Source of the DNA: Lingula anatina
Taxonomy: Eukaryota > Animalia > Brachiopoda
Assembly (NCBI GenBank): GCA_051362555.1
Contig: CM120649.1
Coordinates: forward strand, 4,898,001 to 4,962,000
Direction: 5' to 3'
Length of the DNA stretch: 64,000 nucleotides
This document shows, one piece after another, positions 12,480 through 27,009 of the stretch. The translations under genes and the position numbers were made by a program. Within the stretch, counting starts at the first letter, position 1. Each line of letters opens with the position of its first letter. The notes below the pieces were generated by a model. The model worked only from the letters and a program-made list of their open reading frames with translations. It searched no databases and was not told the origin of the DNA.

Positions 12480-15387
12480 CTACGTCGTGTCTTCCGGTAT
12501 GACGTAACCGTCGATGGTGAGGACGTGGATGATGCCATCTCTCTTTCCCATACCTTGCATACTTTTAATACGGGCTTTGTGACTGCCGATGCAGAAATCC
12601 ATCTCAGCGCCGGTATCCGAAAAGTTGCACTGAAATTCAGTCAAGGAACATTTGAAGCCGTTCGTCAGGCATATAATTTAGTCACTTTGATCAGTTATAA
12701 TAATAATAATAATAACAATTGATCGTGAAAGAAAACAATACCTATCCCGAAAATATGCCAATATTTAAGGTTTTTGTCGTTGCATATATGCAGAAAACTT
12801 TTGAGACCCCGTCTCTTTTTGCACTTTTTCCACCATTGATCGTCATGAATGTTTAATTCAACCCCAAATATCACCAATGACGATGGTAAAGGTAATTTCC
12901 AAGGACATATTTAGGAAAATTAATCATTATAATTCTTCTATAGTCTAACGCGCATTGTGAACATTCAATTAATCAATCTTACCATGGTCTCTGCCTTGGT
13001 GTCGTTTACCCAGCATTCCATTGTGTCCTTTCCTAAAAAAGATGAAGTGTGTAGTTGAATAGCATTAATCTTAAAATCTGATGCATTTTATACACATTGC
13101 AAGTGTCATCTGGGGATAATAATGTCCCTTAATTGAGTACCGGATACAGGGTTTTACTGAAATAGAGATGGTAACCTGCTGCCGGTATATAACGATAATA
13201 TGGACATTTATACACATTCAATTAATGTATGAGTACAGATTCGATTTGGCTATAGTGCATTACCGTACAGAAGCTTGAAAATTTTAAAATCAGACTATAT
13301 AAACTTTTTTCTTGATACTCCAGTCAGGGGGTTTTAGTGTCTGAGATGACGAAATACGTACTGAATATAACCTGGATAAACTCGTCATCCAAGGACCAGT
13401 TCCACATCTTCACGTTATTGGCGGCCACATATCCTCCGCTGGCCTCGGCTCCCGAGCTATGCTGGGCAGATCGCCTGAAAAGATATTAGTTATGATCCAG
13501 ATGTACATCCATTAAGATTGGAAGGTATACAATAAGAGCTACCAGAAATTACTGTGAACCAGAAACGTTGTAAGTTGAAATTTTGTGTCCAAAATTGGTG
13601 GGAAGATTGCCAGGAACAGACGTCTATTATGCACATCCATTCAGATTGCAATATATATTATAACATTCCCTAAAAAGGCTGTAAAGCATACAGATTACAA
13701 CTTGAAATTATCTTGCCCAAATTGATGGGCGGATCGCCTGATAAGAAACAGAAAATGCATCTATGCATATAGCAATATTTAAAGTAGCAAATCGCTGAAA
13801 TTGTAAACTCAAAGAGGTGAATAGTTATATTTAAATGGGCCATAAGAAATACATATATATTTACACTATACTCGGTAGTATCACACAGATAAAAAACAAA
13901 AACAAAATCAACAAATAAAAACTTTGAAAGTGGTTCTTAGTGTTAGAAACATCATGACATGGGCTTTTTTCTCCAAAAAAGATAATACAACGATTTGAAA
14001 CGAAGTATACAATGCAGGAACAAGACCAATCATAGCTAGTTTATAGGCAACATAGATTTTCTATTGCTGTTGGTCGATTTTGCACTTCCTCCTTTTCATC
14101 AATCCAAACACCATTCTTTACAAAATCAGTAGATAACAGATTGTCGCAGCTTTGTATCGGAGGCAGCGCGAAAAGAATAGCTTGGTTAATTCTAGTTGCA
14201 CGCAAAGGCCATTTCAAAAAGGGCTGACGTCATAAACATAAGGGCACAATGTATCAGTAACGTAACACAACGTTTTGTAACTTCATACATTTAGTGTCAT
14301 GCAGGCAGTGGTAGAGTCATTGCCAGTCAGCTATAGCTAGATAAATGAAGGAACAAATGAATATATTAATGCAAAAATCAATTGCTTAACAAGTGAATAT
14401 AAATGAGCGGATAATCACGCAAATGGACGAAAATATACCGCAAATCAAAACAGTCAATGTTCAAGGAATGATTTGGTCAAGAGGGGCATTTCAGGTAAAA
14501 TGATAAATAATATCAGAAGTGACCAGTCATGCGACAAATATATACTGAATGACATCAGTGATAATGATACCGCATATAGTAGGCGGTCACGGAAACTGCA
14601 CGTAGGTGATTTTCGTGACTCTAAAACACCCCAACGCAATATAGAATGATGAAATAATTACCAAACGTTTTAACCGGTTCTGCTCCCAGATCTACTGTAT
14701 TTGGCTTCTTGACATGTTATTTAATTCGATCATTGATTTATTTTTGTAATTGTCTATATTTTTTATCTGACTCTGACTTCTAATCTCCCTTCACCACTTC
14801 ATAACGGTCCAACATCACAGAATCACTGGGCTTCAGCTTCAATTGTACTATAAATCCATCATTTTGAACTCGACACATCCATCCTTGCTTTATCATGTGT
14901 AATTAGTCATCCATACCTGCCTCCGTACACTTATACTGCTCATATTTCAACAGTATGACTTTCAAAATACTCCACTCAGGAATAACCATTAGGATTCATC
15001 TCACTGACACTGTATAGCGAACCCTGGCGGCCTTTTTGAATGTTACATGTAGTGATCGCTTCCTGGTTTCAGTAAAGGTTTGCACGATAGTAAATATGGG
15101 CTTAAGGGGAGTTTTTCTTCTTTTTTGTCTAATCAATAAACAGTGACTTTCGTATTTGATTAAAGTAACGAGTGTTGTTTCAGTGTCTAGGTACATGTAA
15201 GATGATAGTACATGTATGTATGCTATGGTTTTGATATTTTTTTCAAGAGAGAGGTGATAGTTGTCAATCATTCGATGAGATTTTATCACACACACTATTC
15301 AGTTTTGTTCTCTCATTAGTAAGTTGAATAATTTAGGTTCACTCCCTCTCTCACCAAAATATTTTTTATCTTTCTATGTATACGTAT

Positions 15388-15422
<35 letters not shown>

Positions 15423-18400
15423 TCGTTCCTTCTCTAAGAACGGTTTTAACAAAAAATTATTAACGTATATTTTCATTCATTTTATTAATGTTATTAAATT
15501 AATGAAAATAAATAAAATTATGTATAAAAAATTAAAAAGATAATTGATAAATCAATTGTTTACTCTGTTATTTTTGTATGTACATGTATATATTAGTAAT
15601 CCATAGTTTATATCTAAATAAACATGACCGCAGGGTAATTAAAAAAATAACGTCTATGAACATTTGAATTAGTCTGACACGGCGCCTTTGAATGTTAACA
15701 TCAACAGAGAACCCCTGGAGAAGTCAATACCAGGTAAACCTCATTATTGACTTGCTCAATCACTCACGATTGTTCGAGGAACAAAAATCGATTACCTTGC
15801 CATAAAGTTGAGTGAGCTAACAACTTGATTTATGTCGCTGATGAGATGGCTATTTTGATTGTCATTATATGGAGTCCAAAATTGGCCGCTTTCGATGTAA
15901 ATTTGTGAAACGATATTACAAATTATCTTATACTGTATTTTATAGTCAGAGATGCTTATGTGGTTTTGTAAAATATAGCGTGAAGGTTTGATAAATTAAT
16001 CCCTTAACATTGCATTGCAACATATTAATAAACACACCCGTATATGAAGTGCTTTTGAACAATCCTAGTTGAAATGTACGATTTTTATACGCATGAACGT
16101 TAATAGTTTGACTAATTAACTAATTTTTATACCTATTTATTTATCTTCCTGTCTTTGTTGACTTCAATTCATTCATCCATTGTGATTTGTGATAAATATT
16201 TTTCTGAAAATTCCGCTGATTACAGAAACGCATGATAGCTTGTTACTGTATCTGTCCGTTGCCAACATTGCACAATTAAATATCTACTCACATTAAAACC
16301 AATCTAGTTATGTCTCTTTCTATATGGTGGCACGAGATAAATATAATTGAAATGTGGCGGTAATTCCCCCATATCATAAAACCATATCAAATTTTGCTCG
16401 AAAGTTACTTCACGAAAGGCAAAAAGGACTACCTTCAGGCCCGTAGCCAGCAATTTCAAAAGGGGGGTTCTTTTTCTGAAAAAGTGGACCTTTTTCAATA
16501 AAAACTTAATGAACCTAGATCATATTTTACCCAGAGTGGACCTTTTCCCACCAAAAGGGGCGGTTCTTTAGAACTCCCCGAACCCTACGGGCCTGACCTT
16601 ACGGGCCTGACCTTACTCCCAGATAAGGTTGTTGCTAACAGCTTCTGCTTTCATTCATCCATTCAGAACAAGGAGCCGTAAGTACATTAATGGCAGATGT
16701 CCCTGGAGGATATCGCTTGTTACTTTTCATGGCCAAATCACGGAAAAGACGTCACTTGGGATTAAGTGGATCATCACTAAGTGATAAAGTCACGCAGCGT
16801 TCGCTTAAACATTGACAGAGTTGCACAGTGTGAAACAAGAATGCCCTTTAATAATGTTTCAGACTTCATACATTATTTTCTTTGTCATTTTTTTATCATT
16901 CTGTCTTTCTTTCATTCTTTCTCGCTTCGTTTCTTTCTTTTCTCTTTTTTGAGTGACTGATGATTGGAATACTACCATTGTTAACCTAATGCTTTACAAG
17001 ATACTGTCGTAGGAAGAAAGTAAAACAAATGATGGCGTTGAGTAAATTTTGCACCGTGCAGAACGAAATGTAAATGTAATATGTTTCTTACGATATCGAA
17101 TGGAATATCAATATCGTAGTTTACCAATTGCCCTGCCCAAGGAAAGCCTCAAAACGGAAATTAAAAAAAGCTTTGGGGACAATTTTATCTACACTGAGTC
17201 ATCGTTTTAAATTAAAACCACATACTTTTATAAAGCAGTTATCACAAAAAAATCTAACAGTCAAAAGTGATAAAAATCGCCCAGCCTGACGTTTTTGTGG
17301 TTGGGAATCGCCCTTGATTGAATAGGGAGCACACGTGATTTCACTGCATTTCATTAAATACTACCTCAATGTAATACAAACACACCTTTGTCTCTTGTTC
17401 GTTATTGTTGATCTTGTTTCTAAGAACAAACTTTGCATCGCTTCCGATGAGATGAAATCAAAGGAACGTAAAATGTGTTTTAGTTTAGATATTTCATGAT
17501 GAATATGCTGCAACCATGCAGTTAACAAAAAACGAAAAACATACGCAATTGTGTCTGAATACAGATATTGATAAAATGATAAAAGGAAATCGAATATTTT
17601 CTTTCGTTGAATTTGGAATAGGACGTTGAGTAACACAATTGTTTTGAATAGGACCGTGATCCCTGAGAAAAGTCATATATTTTACATGACACGGTGACGT
17701 TTTTTTTTTCAAAAATCACAAATACGAAAGAACTTTAGACCCAAAATTAATTTGAACTCTAAATATTAAAGTCATTTTGTGAAGCTGGGAGCTAAACATG
17801 TGACTTGGGAAGGAAGAGTCTAAAAGTAAACAATGTGGATTTAAAAAGCGGATTTTGAGGATCTTTTGCTGTGGGTTGTACGATTTGAAGATTGGAGTTG
17901 AAAAACAACTGACGTCATTTTATGATAACGTCCCGTCAAGAGGCTAATAACATCTCCATGGTAACGGTCAGCTAGAAGGTCATTTGAAACGGAAACATTA
18001 CTGGACAGGAAAACCAACACCCATTAGTGGACCGTGCTTTAAATGGGAATCGCTGAATAAGACAAAGATATCTCACTCTTTGGTTCGATGCCCATGACTT
18101 CACATTATAAAGTCAATTAAGGATGGCAAAGCTTGGGGTTCCCAAAGACTGCTGTTTCTAGTAAACAGCAACTTAGTGCGTGTGGAGTTCATGGCCGGTT
18201 TCTGCAATGAGTCAGAAACTTAGGATTTCTTCTCGTCTCTTAGTCTATGACAAAACTTATGAAAATATTGAATAGATGCATAGCTAGATGCAAATGCTGT
18301 TTTTTTTTTCAACCGATGTTGCAATGCACTCTCAAGTAGATTTCTTTATACTTTTGAACATTTTTCTTGGATGCATGTAGTTGGTATGGTGTTGAAAATA

Positions 18401-18610
18401 CAGCCCATCTTAGACATGGCTCTCAATTGGGATTTTTTTAATATGGCAACTTAGGTACGATTTCCCGAAAACACTGCAACAGACTTATCTGAGGATTCTA
18501 TTTCAATATAGACTTATCTGAGAATTCTAATCTATCTATCTATCTAATGATAATAGAAATGATAAAGGAAACGTGTTAATTCCTTTCTATTAGTACCTAT
18601 CATCATCATT

Positions 18611-18664
<54 letters not shown>

Positions 18665-19562
18665 TTATCTTTAAGGGTGGAAAGACCAGAAGAAAGGGAA
18701 GACAAATGAACTGCTCTAAAACAAAAGCTTACGAATACAGATTTTAGTTATAATTTAGATACAATATAGCAAAGAGATCAGGTATGAAACCCAGTATAAT
18801 TTCATAAGCTTCACCTTTAACCTTTAGTCTGTTTGCTCAAGCGACGGGCAGTATATAGGGTGCTTTCAAAACAAGTTGATCCGCGGACTAGTTAGTTCTA
18901 AGATCAAATGTTGTGAACGCGACCTATACTCAAAACTGGGCTTAATCGCATTTCAATGCAATTCAGCTGTTCAGAATCAAGGGTCTCAATGTCTAGGGGA
19001 TACAGTCAATAACACAGGATATATTTATACCAACTTTTGTCTTTGTCTTATAGTACATGTAACATGCCTCAATATACAAAGTAGGATTCTCTATAGACCA
19101 TAAATCCTTCTATCCCTTTTTCTTTAACTAACTTTTTAAGGTCTGTGTTAATTTTTAACTTGATTAGATCTTAATGTGAATCTTAAATTTCTTAAATTTT
19201 ATTCGAATTCATTCATCTGTACAAATTAATCTGTTGGTTGCAAAGGTTAAAAATAAACCTGCTATTATCATGTATTACAACATTATAGATATCTTCTAGA
19301 TTATACATGTATAATTGGAAGTGTGCCTGTTGAAGTGGAACGCTCACACATAGCCAAAGGATGGCTATTTCGTAAAAATAAATAATAAGAGAAATTAAGT
19401 CACAACTTAACAAGCAATTGTTGCATGTACATATGATATGTATTGGCATTCTGAATGTAATAACCTGAAGAGCACTTACTGTTTGGCGGCCGATTTTGCC
19501 TTCCTTCTCTTTCCCGCCGACTTGATCTTGTTCATCCGAAACGCGTTGAGCATAACCGACAT
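12480..19562 (-). CDS. FAIM (Fas apoptotic inhibitory molecule)-like protein, C-terminal domain only, basic N-terminus, 131 aa
   Basis: Exons 19480-19562, 13362-13474, 12983-13032, 12480-12629 (phases 2, 1, 0; all GT-AG). Translation: MSVMLNAFRMNKIKSAGKRRKAKSAAKQRSAQHSSGAEASGGYVAANNVKMWNWSLDDEFIQVIFRKDTMECWVNDTKAETMCNFSDTGAEMDFCIGSHKARIKSMQGMGKRDGIIHVLTIDGYVIPEDTT*. Matches the recalled FAIM1 C-terminal pattern (KDxMDVWCNG..LET..EF.D.G.E..F.IG.H...IK...GKRK.GIIHTL.VD...IPE). Confidence 0.85.
13463..13741. repeat. Degenerate ~130-bp tandem repeat copying the acceptor of FAIM-like exon 2
   Basis: gggcagatcgcctga (13464) recurs as gggaagattgccagga (~13600) and gggcggatcgcctga (13727); catccatt.agattg and ttgaaatt...ccaaa also recur. 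Confidence 0.65.
16436..16595. mobile_element. MITE family A (TIR CAGGCCCGTAGCCAG, 5-bp TSD), copy 1
   Basis: Flanked by acctt on both sides; internal sequence is the reverse complement of the copies at 41885 and 61602. Confidence 0.88.
18596..18664. repeat. (CAT)n/(TAT)n microsatellite
   Basis: Seen directly in the sequence. Confidence 0.9.
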
Positions 19563-20963
19563 CTTGGATCTTTGGTCAGACGAAACACTGGACGCTGTAA
19601 TCTGATTCGGAGACACTTAAGTAACCAGAAATAGGAACGCTACCTCTGAGATCGCAAGATATTGAACTCGTAGGCTCAGATTGATTCAAAGATGCAGACA
19701 GAATGTAGTCAGCAGTATTATATCTGTATAAGAATTCTTAACGAAGTTGTCGCTCAACGTAGTCAGAATGGTCACCCGGGCTTCAAGAGTTCACGAAAAA
19801 AGCCTGTTTCTAGGCGTGCGCAGCCTACCCGCTTGTCACTCGTCCAGCGATCTACCTGTGTAGTAACAGCGCTCCTAAAAGCAGTTTTCAATCGATTTCC
19901 CAGCTTCAGCGTCTGAAACCGTCTTCGATTTTCACCTTCCCGTTCGTTGGATATATTACAGCGCGAGGAAAAATCGATACTCTGCACAATGGTTTGCGGC
20001 CTGCGGCTTGCCAGTATGCATTAGCCGCGCATCGACCAGGTGGCGGCACAAACGTACACAAAAGAGGTTATTAAAAATGGATGAGAAACTTGTTGTTGAC
20101 TGATGGAGGTTTTGACTGATTTCCGAGAATATCTATCATGTCCCGAGTCTAGAAGGAGAGCTCTGCTCAACCTCATCGCCGCTTTTCCTTGTGCAACTTA
20201 ATTGTTGAGACCATCTAGACTGGTGACGTTCACACGAATCAAATTAAAGTGCTCATGTCGCTGAAAAATAGGATGTGAATCATCATCGGTTGACTCGTTT
20301 GAACGTGACCGGATATCATGTACTATAGGCGTGGTGGGGGCGGGGGGGAGGGGGCGCTAAGCACAGTTTTCAACCACGGCAGTCCTAAGTGCAGAGTGAT
20401 TCAGAACCCCTTTCCATTTCCCTAAGCTAAATGGATACTTCATCCAGTCATTTAAATTATTATACCGCGGGCCGAGACTGTTGTCAAACTTCAAGTAACT
20501 TAACCTATGATCTCTCCCTGGTCGCTAGTTTGTTATATTTTTTCTTGATAGTTTGTCGGCTTAAATTTGCTTTAAACCATGGAGTTAATATTTCACACAC
20601 GATAATATTTAGATCGGCGTTATTTAGGGGCAGGGTCTTTCTAAATGCCAAACTATTAAAAACGTGCCGCCGGTTAAATTACTATCACACCGATCATTGC
20701 TTTTCCCTCCTGGGTCATATATAATTAAATATCAAATAATAATATGTTCATTATTGGTTTTATTATTTTATTATATTTTATTATTATTATTGGTGTCTTT
20801 TACTTGAAGGGGCTTTTAACAACTTCGATAAAAAAGCCACCAATAAGGTGAATAAATCTAGCCAAATCAACTGAGAGGCATAGGAGATTGTTTAATCTAC
20901 CCCCCTCAAAAATTAAACACGTATATATAAACAAACATGAATGGAGAGATCGGCTAAAATTAG

Positions 20964-21016
<53 letters not shown>
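20964..21016. repeat. (AAT)n microsatellite
   Basis: Seen directly; source of the poly-N and poly-Y ORFs. Confidence 0.95.
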
Positions 21017-21018
<2 letters not shown>

Positions 21019-21625
21019 CTTATTTCACGCTGAAGCCCGTAACCACTATCAATGCCAAACAAAAAGCGCAAGGAAAATTGTATCCAATTTTTAGGCACGG
21101 TGCACGAAGCAAATAAATTCTAGGTTTACGGAAGTTATAGCTTAAATACAAATATTGCTGCATCCAAGGGAATTGAACGGAAACCCATTGAATGGTATGC
21201 GAAAGTTATGTCCTTTTTTGTAGGTAAAGACAAGAAGCACAATCAAAATGATATTTGAATGGTGTAACTACATATCCTGGCTTTCTTCTTCCCAGGTGCG
21301 ACGGGCCAATTAAACATAGCACATGTGCTTATAGCTATTGAATGACCCGAATTTAGTGGTATTTGGATAATGGTATTTTGTTATTCTGATACGCACCTCA
21401 ATTGGAAGAAATCAATAGTTCGGTTGTATCATTCTGAGTTTACGTCTCGTCTTTTAAAAATACACGAAAGAAAACAAAATCTCAATGTTCATCTAGCACT
21501 GACGAAGCTTCCGTTCGAACCCCCTGAAAATCAAAGCGCACGTGTGTACGTCAGCGTCGTACTCCAAAATTGTGACAGGTGTCCGGTGTCAGGCACGTCT
21601 CAACTAGCAAAATCAGGATACAAAA

Positions 21626-21859
21626 AAGGGGCGGGTCCATGATTATTTGAAGGGGGGCGCTGATGCGAGGCCATCCCCCCTTTATATTGGAAGTTCAGTA
21701 TTTTAGAGAGCGAACGGTGTCATTTGGTACGTTTTACTACTATGATTCAGCTGGGCAAAATTCTAATTTCAAGAGGCGACCACTGGTGTGTTCTTTTTTT
21801 CAGAAATCGATGGGAGGTGGGTCAGAGCCCCCTGACAACCCCCCCTTAATCCGCCACTG
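21626..21859. mobile_element. MITE family B (ends ~CAG(G/T)GGCGGAT...ATCCGCC(C/A)CTG), copy 1
   Basis: Core gcgaacggtgtcatttggtacg...aaaattctaatttcaagagg is the reverse complement of the cores at ~46430-46510 and ~48550-48630. Confidence 0.75.
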
Positions 21860-22269
21860 CACAATTTGTTGACGCTAGGATCGAGATACACCACCTAGGT
21901 TCCGGATCTTGCACAGGGGTGGGGTGTGGGGGTGGGGGGGTGGGGGGGGGGGGGTTGACGGCTGATATGGCAAAGTGGACGAGGACAATTTGAGCATAGT
22001 ATGTTAAAGGATCAGGAATTTCATTTTTGCTTACTTTTGCCTTGTTTCGATTGTCATTTTAGTTTTAGAGAGAAAGAGAGGGGAACTTCTGTTGTTAAGT
22101 GTGTCTGTAATTGTAAATTGGAAAAATCTATTTTTGTGTATGGATAGAATTTCTTTTTAACTCATTTGCTATATTATCCGATGGTTTTGTATTTTTTTTT
22201 CCAAACGCACCTTGGAGTACATGTAAGTGCCGTGTTGACTGGAGAAAAGGCTGGGCTAGCCCCCCCCCC

Positions 22270-22301
22270 CACACACACACACACACGCACCCACCCACCC
22301 C

Positions 22302-22342
<41 letters not shown>
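22270..22342. repeat. (CA)n microsatellite
   Basis: Seen directly in the sequence. Confidence 0.95.
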
Positions 22343-22344
<2 letters not shown>

Positions 22345-23851
22345 TTTTCAACGAAATCAGGCCTAAGGACAGGGAAGGCGCTTTTTAAACCAAATGTAAA
22401 ATTAAATGAATCATAAAAGCCCAGTCAATTTTAACTTTAACTTGAAGCACACGTGATTTTACAACTCTCATCTCCGTCGCAACACATGCAACTCACATTT
22501 ACAAACTTGACTCACGCTTCATGTTGTGTGTAAAATGTACATATCAAAGAAAAAAGTCATTTTTAAAACTTATACATTTTTATTATATGAGTTATATTAC
22601 ATTAACGCCATTTATATTTTTGCACATTCAAATTATAAAAGTTATAATATTTGACGTCACACAAGAATAAGTCTTATAAAAAGATGACGCCTTCTATGTT
22701 AAAACAGACATTTAGAAACAAAAAGACACACAAAAAAGACGTTCCCAACAGCCTTTTAATAAATAATCTACATATAATACATTGATAATATGTCCTGAAT
22801 TACAGATTTACAGATTTAAAAAAATTATACACTACGAATACAAAATCATTATTTAAGATACAGAAAAGTTTGAAGCAAAAGAAAGGTTTGAAGTTTGAAT
22901 TATCTAATACGTTTATACGCCGGCAGATCGAGGACAGAAAAAAGGGTGCACAGTACTGTCCCACCCACCCTCTCCCTCAAGATATATATAATTCTATGGC
23001 CACATTGTGTATACTGATATTACTGAATTCTACCATCTGATTAGGAAAATATGACTTAAAAGTATAAAAAACCCATGAAACCAAATTGTTGGAGAAGGAT
23101 GTCAAGTTTGCTTTTGGCTTCGTGATGTTATATTGTTGTGGCCTTCAAATAACGACGCTTCACTTTAACTTAGTATAATATATGAATAAATTCCACCTTC
23201 TGCCAGCAGAAGATTACATTAATAAATGCTACAATTTTTTTTTCATCTTTTGAAACAAAGTTATATTCAGTGTTGGAAAACGGTACAATAAGGTGACACG
23301 ACTGACGTCCTAGCACCGTATTAAGAAGGAATGGCGGTGATTTACTTAGCGAACTCATTAGAATGATGTTGTTATGATTCGACGAATGTGATTGGCCTAT
23401 GCTGCTCCCAGCTGAAATGATGATTTGTTGAATTGTCACTTGCTGGTTTATGATTGGTCAATCCTGCCAATGAGATGGACCTTAGCTGCCTTGCGTTGGA
23501 GAACGCGATTGGTATGATGCTGATGGATATCAATTCATATATGTCTGTCGTCATGCTCTGATATTGATTATACTAATCACCATAGCAGATGGAGTTTATC
23601 ATGAGATCAGGGGCATTTACCAGTCACATGATTTTGACTTGACGAACAATTCTTTTGGTCTCGCGATAGGTTCCTCACTCACGTGACTAATCACGCGATC
23701 CTTTGGCTCCTCAATGCGCCTGCGTAGAAATGACAACGTCACCTTTCCCAGCTCTTCCTAGAGATTACGGGAGATCGAGTTATTTGCTTGTGCTCGGACA
23801 ATGCTTTTCAGAAATAATAACCTAGACTGTGTGTAGGAATTGGCAATTACA

Positions 23852-24505
23852 CTACGTGCAAGGTAGACATTTGCAGCTCTTGATTTGTCTGTAGTTGATT
23901 CGGAATGTACCGAGTTCCAACACTTTGGTTTCGTAGTTGGCTACAGTACAACAGCACCCACGTTCGGATTCCATAAAACCGGATTCGTCCCCGCTGATGC
24001 TAACGGATGGTCTGAAAAGAAATATAAAAACGATTTGAGTTTTACAGTGGACACAATATCGATATTTGACAATGAAAATCAATAAAATGGCCTTATTAAA
24101 CCATAGAGAATATTGTATTTTGAATTTTATGCATTTATAATGATTTTATTGAAGCTATATATCTGGAATAAATGTCACGGCATTATGGATTGCCGTCAAC
24201 AATTTGGCAGAAGAAACAAACTGTTTAAATAATTTCTTGAAAGGCCCTTACATAGTTCATCAATTCATTTCATTAACCAAAAGTATGTAATGATTGTTCA
24301 ATATTTCAGTAATTTTATTGTTCATTTTTTCATTGTTAGCATTTGTGATGCGTATGGAGCTGTTATGGAAAGCATCAATGCTATTGGATTTATTTGAATC
24401 TTTTGGGTTTTAAAAAATGATCTGAAAAGTAAACAGCGCTATTTCAAACAGGAAAGTTTAAAGTGAATTCCATGTGCTTGAATTTGCATGACTGACGTGG
24501 TTCAG

Positions 24506-24548
<43 letters not shown>

Positions 24549-26950
24549 CGTGCCCCCAATTCCCACCTTTCCCGGCTCATACGCCTATATCAAAGAACAA
24601 CATGCAAAACGTATTTTTAAAAATTCCGTTTGTAGTAATGCTATTGGGCTACGTTATCTCACACACATACACAAACCATTCCGATAATTTACTGATTTAC
24701 TTTACAAAATCAGAGAGAATTGTATAAGAATGGTTTTTTTCCGTGTAATTCTTAAGGAACATTTATCAGGAGGATCGAGCGTGAAAAAGACTTATTTACG
24801 ATAGTCACGTTTGAAACACGAAACACGTCGAAGTAAATGAGGTTTAAGTGAATATACACATATCCTAAATCAAATCCAATCAAAACAATATATTACGCAC
24901 GTATAATTTACCTCCAGAAAACGGACCAGAATATCATACACGATGGCCATTTATCATATAAAGTTTTTTCAAAAGTAGAACATTTAAAGGACTTCAGCAG
25001 TGACTCATTTGTGATTGTTCCATTGCTCTCGTCATTAAATATTTGATATGGAATATATTCTTGTACACACGCCAATTAAATGCCACTGACACACGCATAT
25101 ACACAAAAGAATAACCAAAAGACCGCGTTTACTACAGATTGACGCATTGGTAAAGAGTTTGTTTAAAGAGTGAGTCAATGTACGCAATAAACTAAAATTA
25201 CGATAGAGTGTAACCGTCACAGAACAATACAATGCCATGACCCAAAACGTCAGATTGACATATACGCGTAATCCATGACCATGTTATTCTTCCTTGGGCA
25301 CGCGTATTGTTCATTTATTAACATAGCTGCTCCCTTCAAATTGTGTGTGGTTTAAACAAGAATGAATCTGCTATTGTTTTTTTAAACATATATATTTTGG
25401 TCTTTATTCAATCTTGAGTTGATTTGGGTTAGAATTATCGGATCTTTAAAATGCGTTAAAAGCCCTAGTATCTCAAATAGTGATCCAGAACATTAATGCC
25501 GCTAAAGAGACGCACGTAACGAAAGAGACCCTAGAAAAAGCAAACTCGATTAATTTGAAAAGTTAATTGCTTTCCCTATAATCACATATACATATATACA
25601 AAATGCAGAGAAACGATCCATTAGCCCGTATTTGAGGACTATGTTTCTGGTTTTTAAGGTACACTTCTGATGGAGACAGAGGCCAGTGTATTTTACTAGT
25701 GAATGTAAAAGAATCAGAAATAAAGAACAGATACGCTATATTCAGATATTGGGGGTGGCTATAAATGTTCAAATTTCCTGGAAAATTTTAATGTTTGCAA
25801 TGCAGAGCCCTCGCTGTCATTTTGTATTTAAACCCCGGCGCCTAAAACGAGTCACTCGTAATTATGCACTGTGTTCAGGTTATCGCGCACGTACGTACCC
25901 GTTGCTTTCGTTTACCCTAGTCGTTTGCGGTTTTCTCTCTCCAAGAGATTTTTATTTGAGCGTCCAAGCTTTCGAGGTAATGGCTGAAATGCCAAGACCG
26001 CCTTGGTACAGTGATTACAATAATTTGGCCCGGTATGGTTTATCGATTTACGTTCGGACCCTCCAAAGTTTTGAGACTAATTTATCCTTTCTTGAGTTAG
26101 AATCGGTGTGTTCATGGATAAGAAGGAACTTGGTGTGTATCTATTGTTGCCATCAGCATTTACATTGTCTCAGTGAATTGCAAGGCATTTTTTACCATTC
26201 AAGACATACCTGTACACAATGAGGAATCTAAATACTTGCTCTCGTAGTGCATGTTTGATGCGTTTCATTTAACTGTCAAATAATTTTGCCAATTTTAACC
26301 AATTTTAATGTAAAGAAAATAATACCAGTGAAACTCGTTGATAAAATCCCGAAGACAAAGAAGCTAAAGCTTTATTGGCATTATCAAAACAGCAATGCTT
26401 GTATGCCCATCATATTAATAATTCTTGCAGTGGTTTGTTTATTTTTCCGTGAACTCAGTTAACACTAACCTTGAATACTCACAATTTCGAGACTACTTGG
26501 TACCTTAACACCGAAACAACTTGTGGTTGTCCGACGCGTTAATTTGTGGTCGGAGACTTTAAGAATGCGTAAATTATGATCTTATTTGTTTTGTTTTCCT
26601 TTAAGTAAAACGTGGATTGTGAGGTAAAGAGTACTTTTCGTGGTCAGAGTTAGCAGACGTTTGTTTTTCTTTTGTGTCTGGGCGCATTACAAATGCACTG
26701 TATGCGCCTCAGTAATAACACACAAGCGCCTTGTTTATGTTTTTTTGCACATGATGCAATCCATTAGATATTATTGGAAGAGAGGCTATATATTTAAATA
26801 CTGTAACTGTTGGCTTCAGGAGTCTTCCAAAAGATTCAAACTAAAAACGCTCTCTTTTAAAAAAAAACAAAGTTGTGTCAGACATTGTTTTTATATAAGG
26901 TCACTTGTAAAAGCAGAGTATATAAAAAGCAAAAAATTATGTTTTAAAAT

Positions 26951-27009
<59 letters not shown>

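Noticed and set aside
14661-14740. Possible alternative first exon for the FAIM-like gene (donor g|gtaatt)
   Set aside because: Stop codons in the frame needed to join exon 13474; at most a non-coding exon.
26190-26550. Candidate internal exons in the cystine-knot intron (SDHKLTRRTTTSCFGVKVPSSLEI; IPHCVQ) that might add cysteines
   Set aside because: Their phases (1/0 and 0/0) do not fit the phase-2 intron, and the direct junction already gives GPA2-like spacing.
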